Part shown: positions 38,422 through 48,366 of the stretch, in pieces | How positions within the stretch are numbered: position 1 is the first letter of the stretch | Layout of the letters: each line of letters starts with the position of its first letter | NCBI GenBank assembly: GCA_965203325.1 | Contig: OZ241875.1 | Location: 192,001 to 256,000, forward strand | Length of the DNA: 64,000 nt | Source: a bacterium | GTDB lineage: Bacteria; UBA8248 | Reading direction: 5' to 3' | Position numbers and translations under genes: made by a program | The notes under the pieces: generated by a model | Databases searched by the model: none | The model's input: the letters and a program-made list of their open reading frames with translations, nothing else | What the model was told of the DNA's origin: nothing

Positions 38422-39738
38422 CTAGAAGCTATACACAAAACCCAACTGCAGGCGCGCCGCGTCGCCCTCCTCGCCGCCGTTCGTCTCGCGCCAGCCATGG
38501 ATGTACTCTGCGCCTACCCTGGTCTTGGGCGCGGGTGACCACCAGATGGTGGCGTGCAGCGTCTGGAGCGACTGGCTGAGGGCCGGATGCGCCGCCTTGG
38601 CGGCATCTTCAAAATCGTTCTCCACCCAGCCGTAATACAGACCCGAACTCACGGAGCCGCTCCAGTTGTGCGTGAGGCCGACGAAACCGCCCATGGAATC
38701 GAGCGCCTCCAGTTCGTTGTTTGCACTCAAGATAGCGGCGGCGGAAGCCCCGAGCATGGATTGATCCAATCCGCCCTGGCCGACGTTGAACGTCCCCCAA
38801 AGGCGGGTGTCCTTGCCCAGGCCGATGTTCGCGCCGAGGTGGAGAGCACTCATTGTGACACTTTCTTCCACCGCGCCATCTTCGTAGAGAACCTGCCCCA
38901 ACAACCCCGACACGTTTATGGCGCCCCAACCCGTTTTCATTCGCAGAGCCGCTACAAGGTTCGGAATCCGCTCCTGGGAGGACGTGTTTCCGCCGGCCAT
39001 CAGGATAGTCGGTGCGCTGGGATCCTCGAGCGCGACCTGCATCGTGAGATTATTTCCCATGGCCTGGCTGTAGCGCACCTGGGGCCGACGCGTGGCGACC
39101 ACGCCCACCGGGCCTTCGAAGTCCACCGTGTCGGCGTAGGTGTTCTCGTCCATCAACGTCGTCCAGGTCTGTCCCGCCAGCACCCCGCCCAAAGAGGCGT
39201 AGGCGTGACGAAGGCGAAGCGCATTCTTGGTGCCATAGAAATCGGTTTCGATCCGGGTCTTGAGGTTGCCCATTTTCGTCGGCGTCAGGCTGTCGAAGCG
39301 GAGGCGCGTCTGCCTGGCGTGCAGGGAGGCTTTGCGTTGACCACTGTCATCGCCCTCCAGGAGAATGTAGCTCGCGCCGCCTTCCCAGTCATAGCCGAAA
39401 AAGGAATCACCCAAAGTATGCTGGTCTAAATCATAGATCGCGTCGAGCTTGACGTAGCCGCTGAACGAGACGGAAGTGTTCGATCCCGGCATCTTCCAGG
39501 AACCCGGGAAGTCGCCGGTGGCCACGGCTTTTTTCTGCGCGGCTTCCTGGGCGGCCATCATATCGGCCTTCATCTTCTTCTCCCGGGCTTCGAGAGCTTC
39601 GAGCCGCTCCATGAGCGCCTTGATCTGCGCCTTGAGATCGTCTATCTCGCCTCCAGAGGCCGGCGCGACGAACAACGCCAAGGCCGTTACACATCCAAGA
39701 AGCGCTAAACCGAAACGATTTGTCCGATTTCTCTTCAT
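38422..39738 (-). CDS. DcaP-family outer-membrane porin
   Basis: Signal peptide, coiled coil (IDDLKAQIKALMERLEALE), FSGYVKLD, ARQTRL, LRLRHAY, LAGQTW, C-terminal Phe. Confidence 0.85.
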   Translation of the reverse strand: MKRNRTNRFGLALLGCVTALALFVAPASGGEIDDLKAQIKALMERLEALEAREKKMKADMMAAQEAAQKKAVATGDFPGSWKMPGSNTSVSFSGYVKLDAIYDLDQHTLGDSFFGYDWEGGASYILLEGDDSGQRKASLHARQTRLRFDSLTPTKMGNLKTRIETDFYGTKNALRLRHAYASLGGVLAGQTWTTLMDENTYADTVDFEGPVGVVATRRPQVRYSQAMGNNLTMQVALEDPSAPTILMAGGNTSSQERIPNLVAALRMKTGWGAINVSGLLGQVLYEDGAVEESVTMSALHLGANIGLGKDTRLWGTFNVGQGGLDQSMLGASAAAILSANNELEALDSMGGFVGLTHNWSGSVSSGLYYGWVENDFEDAAKAAHPALSQSLQTLHATIWWSPAPKTRVGAEYIHGWRETNGGEEGDAARLQLGFVYSF

Positions 39739-39931
39739 ATCTCTGTCCCCCGTGAGAAGTTCTGCAAAAGGCGTCCTGTACATGATGAGGCGATTGCATG
39801 AACAACCACCTCTTCGGGTCTCTTATGTCTCGCTTGTCGAGCAAATAATCGGGAGGATGCCTTGCTCACCCTAAATAAAGCGTATGAATGGCCACTCCCC
39901 ACTCTCTAATTGATGTATGTAAACCAATTAC

Positions 39932-39947
39932 GTTTCCATGGTGTTAC
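39932..39947 (-). promoter_or_regulatory. GTAAC-N6-GAAAC (GlnR-box-like) upstream of the porin
   Basis: Minus strand gtaac-accatg-gaaac in an AT-rich intergenic region. Confidence 0.4.
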
Positions 39948-39989
39948 ATAGATCTCAATAATTCGGGAAACCAGGGCAAAAACATCAGG

Positions 39990-40856
39990 TCAGGACGCAC
40001 CCAACGCCTTCAGGATGGTTCGCCGAACCAGGACGGGCGTCACCTGCCTTCTGTAGTCGCTGCTTGCGCGGATGTCGGTCAGAGGCTCCAGGTCATCGAG
40101 CGCGCCTGCGAGTACGGCGTCGATGTTCTCCTGGTTGAGTTCCTCCCCCCGGAGCCCTTCTTCCGCCGCCGTTAGACGCCTGAATACGGCCTCCACGCCG
40201 CCCAGGCCGATCCTCACTTCTTTGGCCGTCTTGCCGTCTTCTTCGGTGAGCACCGCCGTGGAGACGGATACGCAGGGCTTGTCCTCTTTCGAGCGCGTGG
40301 TGAAGCGCGTGCACGCCGTCCGGAAGCCATCGGGCAGCGGGTCGACCTCTATCGAGCACAACAATTCATCCTCTTCCAGCGCGCATTCGTAATAGCCCGT
40401 CCAGAATTCCGCAGCGGGAATCACGCGTTCCGTTCCGTCCGCCTTCCTGGCGTTCATCCGGGCCTCGAGCGCAAGAAACGCGCCCGGCGGATCCGAGGCC
40501 GGTTCCGCAAAGCACAGGTTGCCGCCCACCGTCCCCTGGTTTCGGATGCGAATGGTCGCCACGTTGTGGAAGATTTCCGCGAGCAGCGGGAATCGCTCCT
40601 GCACGAGCGGGGAGGTTTCGATCTTGCGGTGCACCGTCTTCGCCCCGATGCGGAGGCCACCGTTTTCGGTTCCTTCGATGAAATCCAGATCCCCCGCTCC
40701 GGCGATGTCAATCAACACCTCGGGTTCGTATACCCGCGATTTCATGAGGATCGAGAGGGCCACGCCGCCGGCGAACACTTTCCCGTCTTCGCCGTGCTCC
40801 TTCAGGGCGGCGAGCGTTTCCTCCGCGCTGTTCGCGGGTAGATGCCGAAAAGCCAT
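39990..40856 (-). CDS. Molybdenum hydroxylase FAD-binding subunit
   Basis: FAGGVAL, RIRNQGTVGGNL, DIRASSDYR. Confidence 0.9.
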   Translation of the reverse strand: MAFRHLPANSAEETLAALKEHGEDGKVFAGGVALSILMKSRVYEPEVLIDIAGAGDLDFIEGTENGGLRIGAKTVHRKIETSPLVQERFPLLAEIFHNVATIRIRNQGTVGGNLCFAEPASDPPGAFLALEARMNARKADGTERVIPAAEFWTGYYECALEEDELLCSIEVDPLPDGFRTACTRFTTRSKEDKPCVSVSTAVLTEEDGKTAKEVRIGLGGVEAVFRRLTAAEEGLRGEELNQENIDAVLAGALDDLEPLTDIRASSDYRRQVTPVLVRRTILKALGAS

Positions 40857-40875
40857 TTTTTCTCCCCTCTCCTCG

Positions 40876-43161
40876 TTATTCGCCGTTTTTCTCGTTGAGC
40901 GCGGTCAGCACCTTCTCCGGCGTTATCGGCAGCGACGTGATCCGCACGCCGACGGCGTCGTAGATCGCGTTGCCTATCGCCGCCGAAGTCCCCAGTTGCG
41001 CCATCTCCCCCAGCCCCTTCGCGCCGAAAGGCCCCGAAGGGTTCTCCGTCTCGATGAGCACCGCTTCGAGTTCGGGCAGATCCTGGGTGGTGGGCAGCTT
41101 GTAGTCGAGCCAGTTCGGATTCACCGGCTGGCCGTCTTCGACCGCGAAATCCTCCATCATGGCGTAGCCCACGCCCATTACCGCGCCGCCGTCCAGCTGG
41201 CCCTGCGCGCCGGCGGGATTCACGATGGTTCCGCAGTCGTTCGTGCTGATGACGCGCAACACCTCGAACGCGCCGGTTTCGGTGTCCACTTCCACCTCGG
41301 CCACCTTCGCACCGTAGGCATACGCCGCGGACCAGTTTCCGTAGCCCGTCACGGGGTCGGGCGTCTCGCTCGGCGAGTCATAAGAGGACGCCGTGTAGAC
41401 GGCCTCGCTGCCCTCTTTCTCGTAAAGTTTCATGTAGGCTTCGCTGTGGGTCACCTGCCGCTCGGGGGAGCTGGCGACGAAAATCTTGCCGTCACGCGCG
41501 TCGAGGTCCTTCGGGTCGCATTCGAGCAGTTCCGCCGCGCCCCTGAAGAGCATGTTCTTCGCCTGGACCGACGCCAGGCGCGTCGCCTCGCCGTCGATGG
41601 TCGTCGTGCGGCTTCCGCGCACGCCCCAGCCGTAGGGGTTCACCGCGGTATCGCCGTTGATGATCCGCACGTCCTCCACGCGCACCCCAATCGCCTCGGC
41701 GCAAATCTGGGCGAGCGTGGTGTCCGAACCGTTGCCCATCTCGATGGTGCCCGAGAGCAACTGCACGGTGCCGTCCTTGTTCATCTTGATGAACGCGCCC
41801 GCCGTCTCCGGCCCCATCGCGCGCGCTCCGGTGAAATGAACCGCGGCGGCCAGCCCGAAGCCACGCCTTTTCCCGTTGCTGCTCGGCTGTTTCTCACCCC
41901 AGGGCACGCGCTTGACCGCCTCTCCCACGCATTCGGCGACGCCGCAACTGGTAATCTTGGCCCCGATGATGGTGGTGTCGCCCTTCCTCACGAAGTTCTT
42001 GATGCGAAACTCCGCCGGGTCCATGCCGATCTCCTCGGCGTGTTTCTCCATGGCGAGTTCGGAGCCAAACGCATAGCCCGCGTTGCCGATTCCGCGCATC
42101 GCGCCGCCGGGCGGCACGTTCGTGCAGACGACGTCGGCGTGATGGCGATAGGCCTTGTAGTTGTAGATGCTCCCGCCCATGTGCGCCGTGATGCCGCCGA
42201 CCGCCGGGCTGTAATCCGAATACCCGCCGTTTTCCACCACCATCTGGGTGTCGCGGGCGAGCAGCATGCCGTCCTTGTCGGTGGCGATGCGCCAGACGTG
42301 GAACTGCTTCGTCCGGTGGGTACCGAGGAGAAACTCCTCTTCTCGCGTGTAGTAGAATTTTACGGGGAGGTTCAGCTTTTTCGCCGCGATGATGGAGAGG
42401 AAATCAATGTTGAACTTGCTCGTCGCCTTCCCGCCGAAACCCCCGCCCACGTAGTTCGTGATCACGCGAATCTGGGCCTCGGGGATCTTGAGGAGTTTTG
42501 AGAAATACTGGCTCGATAGACTCGGGCATTGCGAGGAATTGTAGACCGTCACGTCGCCTTTCTGCGACCACTCGGCGATGGAGACGTGCGACTCCAGAGA
42601 GCCGTGCATCTGGCGCGAGGAGGAGGTGGCCAACTCGCTCACGTGATGGGCCTCGTCGAACATGCGGTCCACGTCGCCGAACTCCATGTGCTTGGTGAAG
42701 GCGATGTTGTCCGGGTACCTGTCGTGGATGACGGGTGCGCCCTCTTTCATCGCTTCTCTCGGGTCGAAGACGGCGGGAAGCTCCTCGTAGTCCACGTCGA
42801 TCAGATCGAGCGCCTCAATCGCGATGTCTTCAGAAATCGCCACAACGGCCGCTACCGAGTCGCCCACGTGCCGCACCTTGTCCGAGGCGAGGGGATGCTG
42901 ATCGTAGCAAACGGGTACGACGCCCCATTCCACTCCCTCGGGGATATCCTTGGACGTCATCACGAGCTTGACGCCGGGGAGCCTCTCGGCGCGGCTGGTG
43001 TCGATGTTCTTGATCCGCGCGTGCGGCAGGGGACTCCCGAGCAGCCTCCCGTGGAGCATTTTGGGCAACTGAAGGTCCAGGGTGAACATGGCCCGGCCCG
43101 TCACCTTTTCCGGCCCGTCGACGCGGGGTATGCTTTTTCCGATGTATGAGAGTTCAGCCAT
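40876..43161 (-). CDS. Xanthine-dehydrogenase-family molybdopterin-binding subunit
   Basis: RVDGPEKVTG, VGGGFGGK, AMRGIG, EMGNGSDT, GQLDGG, GPFGAKGLGE. Confidence 0.92.
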   Translation of the reverse strand: MAELSYIGKSIPRVDGPEKVTGRAMFTLDLQLPKMLHGRLLGSPLPHARIKNIDTSRAERLPGVKLVMTSKDIPEGVEWGVVPVCYDQHPLASDKVRHVGDSVAAVVAISEDIAIEALDLIDVDYEELPAVFDPREAMKEGAPVIHDRYPDNIAFTKHMEFGDVDRMFDEAHHVSELATSSSRQMHGSLESHVSIAEWSQKGDVTVYNSSQCPSLSSQYFSKLLKIPEAQIRVITNYVGGGFGGKATSKFNIDFLSIIAAKKLNLPVKFYYTREEEFLLGTHRTKQFHVWRIATDKDGMLLARDTQMVVENGGYSDYSPAVGGITAHMGGSIYNYKAYRHHADVVCTNVPPGGAMRGIGNAGYAFGSELAMEKHAEEIGMDPAEFRIKNFVRKGDTTIIGAKITSCGVAECVGEAVKRVPWGEKQPSSNGKRRGFGLAAAVHFTGARAMGPETAGAFIKMNKDGTVQLLSGTIEMGNGSDTTLAQICAEAIGVRVEDVRIINGDTAVNPYGWGVRGSRTTTIDGEATRLASVQAKNMLFRGAAELLECDPKDLDARDGKIFVASSPERQVTHSEAYMKLYEKEGSEAVYTASSYDSPSETPDPVTGYGNWSAAYAYGAKVAEVEVDTETGAFEVLRVISTNDCGTIVNPAGAQGQLDGGAVMGVGYAMMEDFAVEDGQPVNPNWLDYKLPTTQDLPELEAVLIETENPSGPFGAKGLGEMAQLGTSAAIGNAIYDAVGVRITSLPITPEKVLTALNEKNGE

Positions 43162-43320
43162 CACAACCTCCACTCGTTTGCGGCGCCGAACCGCATGCCG
43201 CAGGGCGTTTTTATATTCTTATCCTTTGTTTGATTTTCGAATGAATAGACCACCCCCCCATCGCCATCCCCTCGGGACTCGGCAGAACGCGACGGTATTT
43301 CGCTTGCTTTCGATTCTCGC

Positions 43321-43329
43321 ATTATAACA
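43321..43329 (-). promoter_or_regulatory. Extended -10 element (TGnTATAAT) upstream of the Mo-subunit gene
   Basis: Minus-strand tgttataat about 160 bp upstream of the ATG in a divergent intergenic region. Confidence 0.4.
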
Positions 43330-43504
43330 ACACGAAGGAGAAAACAAAACATCAAAAATCGACGCGGAGAGGCTCCTTGCGCCATCCAGGGGAACCCCTC
43401 CCTCCCGCTTTCTCCCCTTCGGTTTGTGGTGTATCATCCGCCGTACTGAAACCGGAAAATAAACTTTCGAAACATCCCGCAAACACCAGAACTGGAGTAG
43501 CGCA

Positions 43505-44251
43505 ATGCCCATTCGTTTTGATTTTCAGGGCCGAAAGGTCATTCTCACGGGCGCGGCGGGCGCGATGGGAAGCCGCATCCTGCAGGGATACATCGAGGCC
43601 GGCGCCAGGGTTTTCGCCACCGACAGGGAAGGCCCGGCGTTCGACGCGATCGAAGGCCCGTCCGATCAACTCTTCAAGCTCCCCTGCGACCTCGCCGACG
43701 TGGACGCCATCCGCACCACCATGCGCGCGGCGCTCGAATGGCTGGGCGGCTGCGACGTGCTGGCGAACGTGGCCGGCTACATGCCGATCCGCCCGCCGAT
43801 GGAACTCGAAGAGGAAGACTGGAACGTCGTGCTGAACGTGAACCTGCTGGCGCCCTATTTCTGCATCCAGGAGACCATCGAGGCGCTCAAGTCCTCGGGG
43901 ACGGGGCGCATCGTCAGCTTCGCGTCCATCGCGGGGAAAATGGGGGGCATCGGCCCGAACCTCACCTACTCCGCCGCCAAGGCGGGCCTGCTCGCCATGA
44001 CGTTCAACCTCGCGCGCGAATTGGCGAAAACGGGCGTGACGATCAACACCATACAACCCGGTCCGGCCGATACGGGCCTTCACTTCCAGTCCCCGCCCGA
44101 GATGCTCGTGAACGCCGAGAAGGCCCATCCCATGGGCAGGCTCACGACGCCCGAGGACGTGTGGCAGACCGTCCTGTTCCTATCGAGCGAGGAAGCCGCC
44201 CACATCAACGGCGAGGCGGTGGACGTGAACGGCGGCTTCTGGACGGACTAG
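43505..44251 (+). CDS. SDR family oxidoreductase
   Basis: TGAAGAMG, NVAG, YSAAK, VDVNGG. Confidence 0.9.
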   Translation: MPIRFDFQGRKVILTGAAGAMGSRILQGYIEAGARVFATDREGPAFDAIEGPSDQLFKLPCDLADVDAIRTTMRAALEWLGGCDVLANVAGYMPIRPPMELEEEDWNVVLNVNLLAPYFCIQETIEALKSSGTGRIVSFASIAGKMGGIGPNLTYSAAKAGLLAMTFNLARELAKTGVTINTIQPGPADTGLHFQSPPEMLVNAEKAHPMGRLTTPEDVWQTVLFLSSEEAAHINGEAVDVNGGFWTD

Positions 44252-44263
44252 GAGGAGAACACC

Positions 44264-45100
44264 ATGCCGAGCGACAACCCGAAAGGATATGCGAACCCCG
44301 ACCTGCTCTGGTCGGCAGCACTTCTCAAAGAGCGCATGGACGACCCGAATGTAAGGATCATCGACACGCGCCCCGGCGAGCGCTATACGATGGGCCACAT
44401 CCCCGGCGCGCGGCACTTCGACGTCTACGGCGTGAACAGCGACGATTCGGACGAGGCGCCCTTGAGAAATTTCTTCTCCATGTGGGCGTTCCTGCTCGGG
44501 AACCGCGGGGTGTCGTTCGAGAACACCATCGTCTTCTATGATGACTTCGTCGGCAACACGAGCGTGCGCGGCTTCTGGATGCTGGAGCTTTTCGGCCACA
44601 AGGACGTGCACGTGCTCGACGGCGGCTACGGCGCCTGGGAGCGGGCGGGCTACGAGACGACGCGCGACGCCGAGGTGCCCAAGGCCGCTTCTTTCCAAAT
44701 GGCGTTCGAACCGGAGCGCCTCGCCACGCGCGAGGACGTGCTGGCCGCCATCGAGGATGACAACCACATGCTGCTCGACACCCGCTCGGTTGAGGAATGG
44801 GAGGGGCGCAGCATGCGCGCCAGGCGCAGCGGCATCATCCCCGGCGCGGTCTGGCAGGAGTGGCTCCAGCACCTGACGCCTGAGGGCGAGATGAAGCCGG
44901 CGGATGAGCTTCGCGCGCAGTTCGAGGCCATCGGGGTCACGCCCGAGAAAGAAGTGACCGCCTACTGACAGACGGGCTACCGTGCGGCGCACGGTTACTT
45001 CGCCCTGCGGCTTCTGGACTACCCCAAAGTGAGAAACTACATGAGCTCCTGGAAGGAATGGGGCAACCGCGACGACACGCCCATCGTGCAGGCGCAATAG
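44264..45100 (+). CDS. Two-domain rhodanese/sulfurtransferase, probable selenoprotein (Sec235)
   Basis: The track ORF stops at TGA 44966-44968. Read-through gives VTAY-U-QTGYRAAHGYFALRLLDYPKVRNYMSSWKEWGNRDDTPIVQAQ*, restoring the active-site loop and the C-terminal rhodanese signature. Confidence 0.9.
44979..44995 (+). promoter_or_regulatory. Candidate bacterial SECIS hairpin
   Basis: ACCGUG-CGGCG-CACGGU, a perfect 6-7 bp stem starting 11 nt after the UGA, with G in the apical loop. Confidence 0.6.
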
Positions 45101-45189
45101 CGCGCCTACTCAGGATGAGGCTTTGTTGAGGACCTGCGCGGGCTGGGACGCTCGGGGATTTCCCTGGATCCGCGAGGGACTCCGCCCTT

Positions 45190-45615
45190 TCACACCTCCC
45201 TCGGGTGCAGTTCTTCGTACTTGCCGTGATCCGTGTCGATATCCGCCATGTGGCGGAAGATTTCCTCATACCCCGGCGGTGAGAACATCCACAGGAGTTT
45301 CAGGGGAACGTCGCCGGTGTTCCTCAGGCCGTGCTCCACGCCCACGGGCAGAAAGGCGGTCATGCCCGCCTTGACCTGGTAGACCTCGCCGTCCACCTCC
45401 ACTTCGGCTTCACCCTCGTGGAAGAAGAGGATTTCTTCTTCTTTCTCATGCAGATGGACGGGAATGCCGCCGCCGACGGGGATGTCCTGATTCCCCATGC
45501 TGAGCATTCGGGAGTTCGTGTTCCGGGGGTCGATGAGGATGCGCCAGCCCCGGGGCAGTTCTATATCGACCATCTCGATCTTTTCGCCGTCGTCCCAATC
45601 GAACACGTATGTCAT
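45190..45615 (-). CDS. Cupin-domain protein
   Basis: PVHLHEKEEEILF, G.TAFLP.GVEHGLRN, WMFSPPG. Confidence 0.85.
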   Translation of the reverse strand: MTYVFDWDDGEKIEMVDIELPRGWRILIDPRNTNSRMLSMGNQDIPVGGGIPVHLHEKEEEILFFHEGEAEVEVDGEVYQVKAGMTAFLPVGVEHGLRNTGDVPLKLLWMFSPPGYEEIFRHMADIDTDHGKYEELHPREV

Positions 45616-45673
45616 GCGGATACCCTCCCCGGCCTGCGCTCGCGAGGGGTGGCCGCACCGGGTGAGCGGCGCG

Positions 45674-46711
45674 TCAGGCCATCGCGGGCGCGACCTCAGT
45701 GGCGAATCTTTCCAGAAGTTTCAGAGAATCCTCGTGCTTCATCCCGTCGCCGTAAACGCCGAGAATCACGTGGTTCAGCCCGAAATCGTGCTTCAAGCGG
45801 TAAAGCTCCTGAATGTTCTCCTCCACGGAGCCGATGACGCCGCCGCCTTTCAGGAACTCGCGCACGTCGAGCTTGTAGCTCCAGTTGCGCTGGAGGTGTC
45901 TGCCTTCCTCGTCGGTGAAATCCACCTCGTTCACCCTGGCGCGGTATTCGAGATAAGAGGAAAGCCCGCGCTCGAAGGTTTTGAGGTAATCGGCCTGCTG
46001 ATTATCCTCACAGACGTAGAAGCGGTGCGTCATGGTGTAGTCGATATCGGACAGGTCGCCCCCGGTCGCCGCCACGGCTTCTTCGTAGAGCTTCATCTTG
46101 TCGCGGTAGACCTGGGGGCCCTTGAAGCCGGCAGAAGCCATGATCTTGAAGCCGTTCTCGCCCGCGTAGGTGTAGGTCTCGGGGCTCGTGCCGGCCAGCC
46201 AGATGGGCGGCCTCGGCTTCTGGAGGGGCTTGGGGAAGATTTCAACGTCTTTGCACCGGTAGAACTCGCCCTCGAAGGTCACCTGCTCCCCTTCCAGGAG
46301 CCTCGATACGATCTCCATACCCTCGACGAGCCGCTTTCTGCTCTCAGAGGGCTTTGCGCCGAACGTCTTGAACTCCTTGGGCTGGGAACCGCGCCCCACG
46401 CCGAGTTCGAGCCGCCCGCCGCTCAACAGATCCACCACCGCCGCCTGCTCGGCGAGGCGCACCGGATTGTGGAATGGCATGATTGATATCGCCGTGCCCA
46501 GGCGGATGTTTTTCGTCTTCTGCGCCAGCGCCGCGCACCACAGCAGGGGATCGGGGCACATGCCCACTTTGGAGAAATGGTGCTCCGCGAACCATGCGCA
46601 GTGGTAGCCCAACTCATCCGCCGCCTGGCATTGCTCCATCACCTTCTGGTAGGCGTCGGCTTCGGTTTCATCCCCCTCGGGGCAAATCACGTAAAAAATC
46701 GAGAATTTCAT
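45674..46711 (-). CDS. LLM-class flavin-dependent oxidoreductase
   Basis: WFAEHHF, IRLGTA, PVRLAEQAAVVDLLSGGRLELGVGRG, PKPLQKPRPPIW. Confidence 0.9.
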   Translation of the reverse strand: MKFSIFYVICPEGDETEADAYQKVMEQCQAADELGYHCAWFAEHHFSKVGMCPDPLLWCAALAQKTKNIRLGTAISIMPFHNPVRLAEQAAVVDLLSGGRLELGVGRGSQPKEFKTFGAKPSESRKRLVEGMEIVSRLLEGEQVTFEGEFYRCKDVEIFPKPLQKPRPPIWLAGTSPETYTYAGENGFKIMASAGFKGPQVYRDKMKLYEEAVAATGGDLSDIDYTMTHRFYVCEDNQQADYLKTFERGLSSYLEYRARVNEVDFTDEEGRHLQRNWSYKLDVREFLKGGGVIGSVEENIQELYRLKHDFGLNHVILGVYGDGMKHEDSLKLLERFATEVAPAMA

Positions 46712-46900
46712 GTCACCTTATCCTTCGTCTTCTCCTGGAACACGGGCATAAGCCATTCTTCCACTCCCCTCTCAGGCGGTTTCCCCTTGAATGGAACCAG
46801 CAAATTACCATCTTCCACACGGCCTGAGAAGCGCTCCGGCCTTGCGAGACAATTTTTCCGACCTGGGCTAGGATGCGGGGTCATCCAAAGGAGGAAACGC

Positions 46901-47650
46901 ATGCGTTTCGAGAACAAAACCATCATCGTCACGGGCGCGGGCGCAGGCATCGGCCAGGCGAGTGCGCTGAGGTTGGCGAGCGAGGGCGCGCACGTCGTCT
47001 GCATGGACATCGCCGAATCGCGCGAGGAAACGGCGAGGCTCATCCGCGAAGACGACGTCGGCGATGCGAGCGCCGTGGCATACGACGCACTCGACTCGGA
47101 GAACGTGAAAAAGGTTTTCGGGGATACGATTTCAGCGCACGGGCGCATCGACGGCCTCATTAACTGCGTCGGCGCGGGACTTCCCCTCTCTGCGCTGGAA
47201 ATCGACGAAGAGGCCTTCGACAAGATGTTCGACATGAACGTGAAAACGACTTACCGGGCCTGCTGGGCGGTGCTACCCCACATGAAGGAGAAAAAAAGCG
47301 GCAAGATCGTCAATTTCTCCTCCGTCGCGGGCCGCTCGGCCAGCGTGCTACAGGGGCCGCACTATTCGAGCTCCAAGGCCGCCGTCATCGGCCTCACGCG
47401 ACACCTGGCGCGGGAGTTCGGCCCGGACAACATCAACGTGAACGCCGTCGCACCCGGCGTCATCGGAACCGGGCGCATCCTCGCGCAGATGAGCGATGAG
47501 CAGCGAAAAAGGACCGAAGCCGCCACGCCCCTGGGGCGCATCGGCGCGCCCGAGGACATCGCGGGCGTCGTCGCCTTCCTCGCTTCAGAAGACGCGCGCC
47601 ACGTCACCGGCGTCACCATCGACGTGAACGGCGGGTTCTTTCTGGCCTAG
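46901..47650 (+). CDS. SDR family oxidoreductase
   Basis: TGAGAGIG, YSSSK, NAVAPG, IDVNGG; GAGGA before ATG 46901. Confidence 0.9.
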   Translation: MRFENKTIIVTGAGAGIGQASALRLASEGAHVVCMDIAESREETARLIREDDVGDASAVAYDALDSENVKKVFGDTISAHGRIDGLINCVGAGLPLSALEIDEEAFDKMFDMNVKTTYRACWAVLPHMKEKKSGKIVNFSSVAGRSASVLQGPHYSSSKAAVIGLTRHLAREFGPDNINVNAVAPGVIGTGRILAQMSDEQRKRTEAATPLGRIGAPEDIAGVVAFLASEDARHVTGVTIDVNGGFFLA

Positions 47651-47703
47651 TCGTATAGATTTTCTCAGGCGGCATAGGGGGTTGTAAAAGCCCCCCAGGA
47701 CAA

Positions 47704-48361
47704 GGGCTTGTTGAAAAGCGCCTTGAGAGGGTGATGGCAACCCCCTTGAAAGGGAAATCCCTTAAAACCAACCCCCCCTACCCCCCCTTGTCAGGGGGGC
47801 AAGAAAAAGCAAAACCCCCTCAACCCTGCGAAGGCGCATCGCCTTTTTATACCCCCCTGACAAGGGGGGGTAGGGGGGGTTGCCTTTCCATCCGTGAGGG
47901 ACTTCTGCGCTACCCCTGAAAAGGGGTTCTTGCCCCCAATCGAGATTGTTCACCGTCATTCCGGCGAAAGCCAGAATCCATTTTGACTTTTCACCGGACA
48001 GGGCGGCACGACCTTGTCGTTGCGCGGCGTCTGGATGCGGAATCCAGAGAATTTGCCTTTCGTTTTTGCGTTCGATTCCGATCCTCCCCGGCCGGGCGTA
48101 AAAACGTCCGCCCGAGAAAGCGAAAAGGCAAAGACGAAAATAGATTCCGGCTTTCGCCGGAATGACGATCAAAACCAAAAGGCGGGCGGAGGCCGCGGTT
48201 GCGAAATGACGGTGTCGTGCGGCTTCCGTATTACCCGTAGGGACAGGCCTCTGTGCCTGTCCGATACCCGACAAAGGACAACCACGGAGGGCAGGACAAC
48301 CCCGAGGAGGGGTTGTCCCTACAGATCGAACCGGCCAATGCGGGACTTTCTCAACAACCCC
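47704..48361. mobile_element. Composite MITE-like element with three nested palindromic repeat families
   Basis: Ends gggcttgttgaaaagc / gactttctcaacaacccc. Contains 47769-47882 (CCCCCCTA..TAGGGGGG pair), 47954-48167 (GTCATTCCGG pair) and 48237-48322 (GTAGGGACA..TGTCCCTAC). Confidence 0.7.
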
Positions 48362-48366
48362 AAGCC

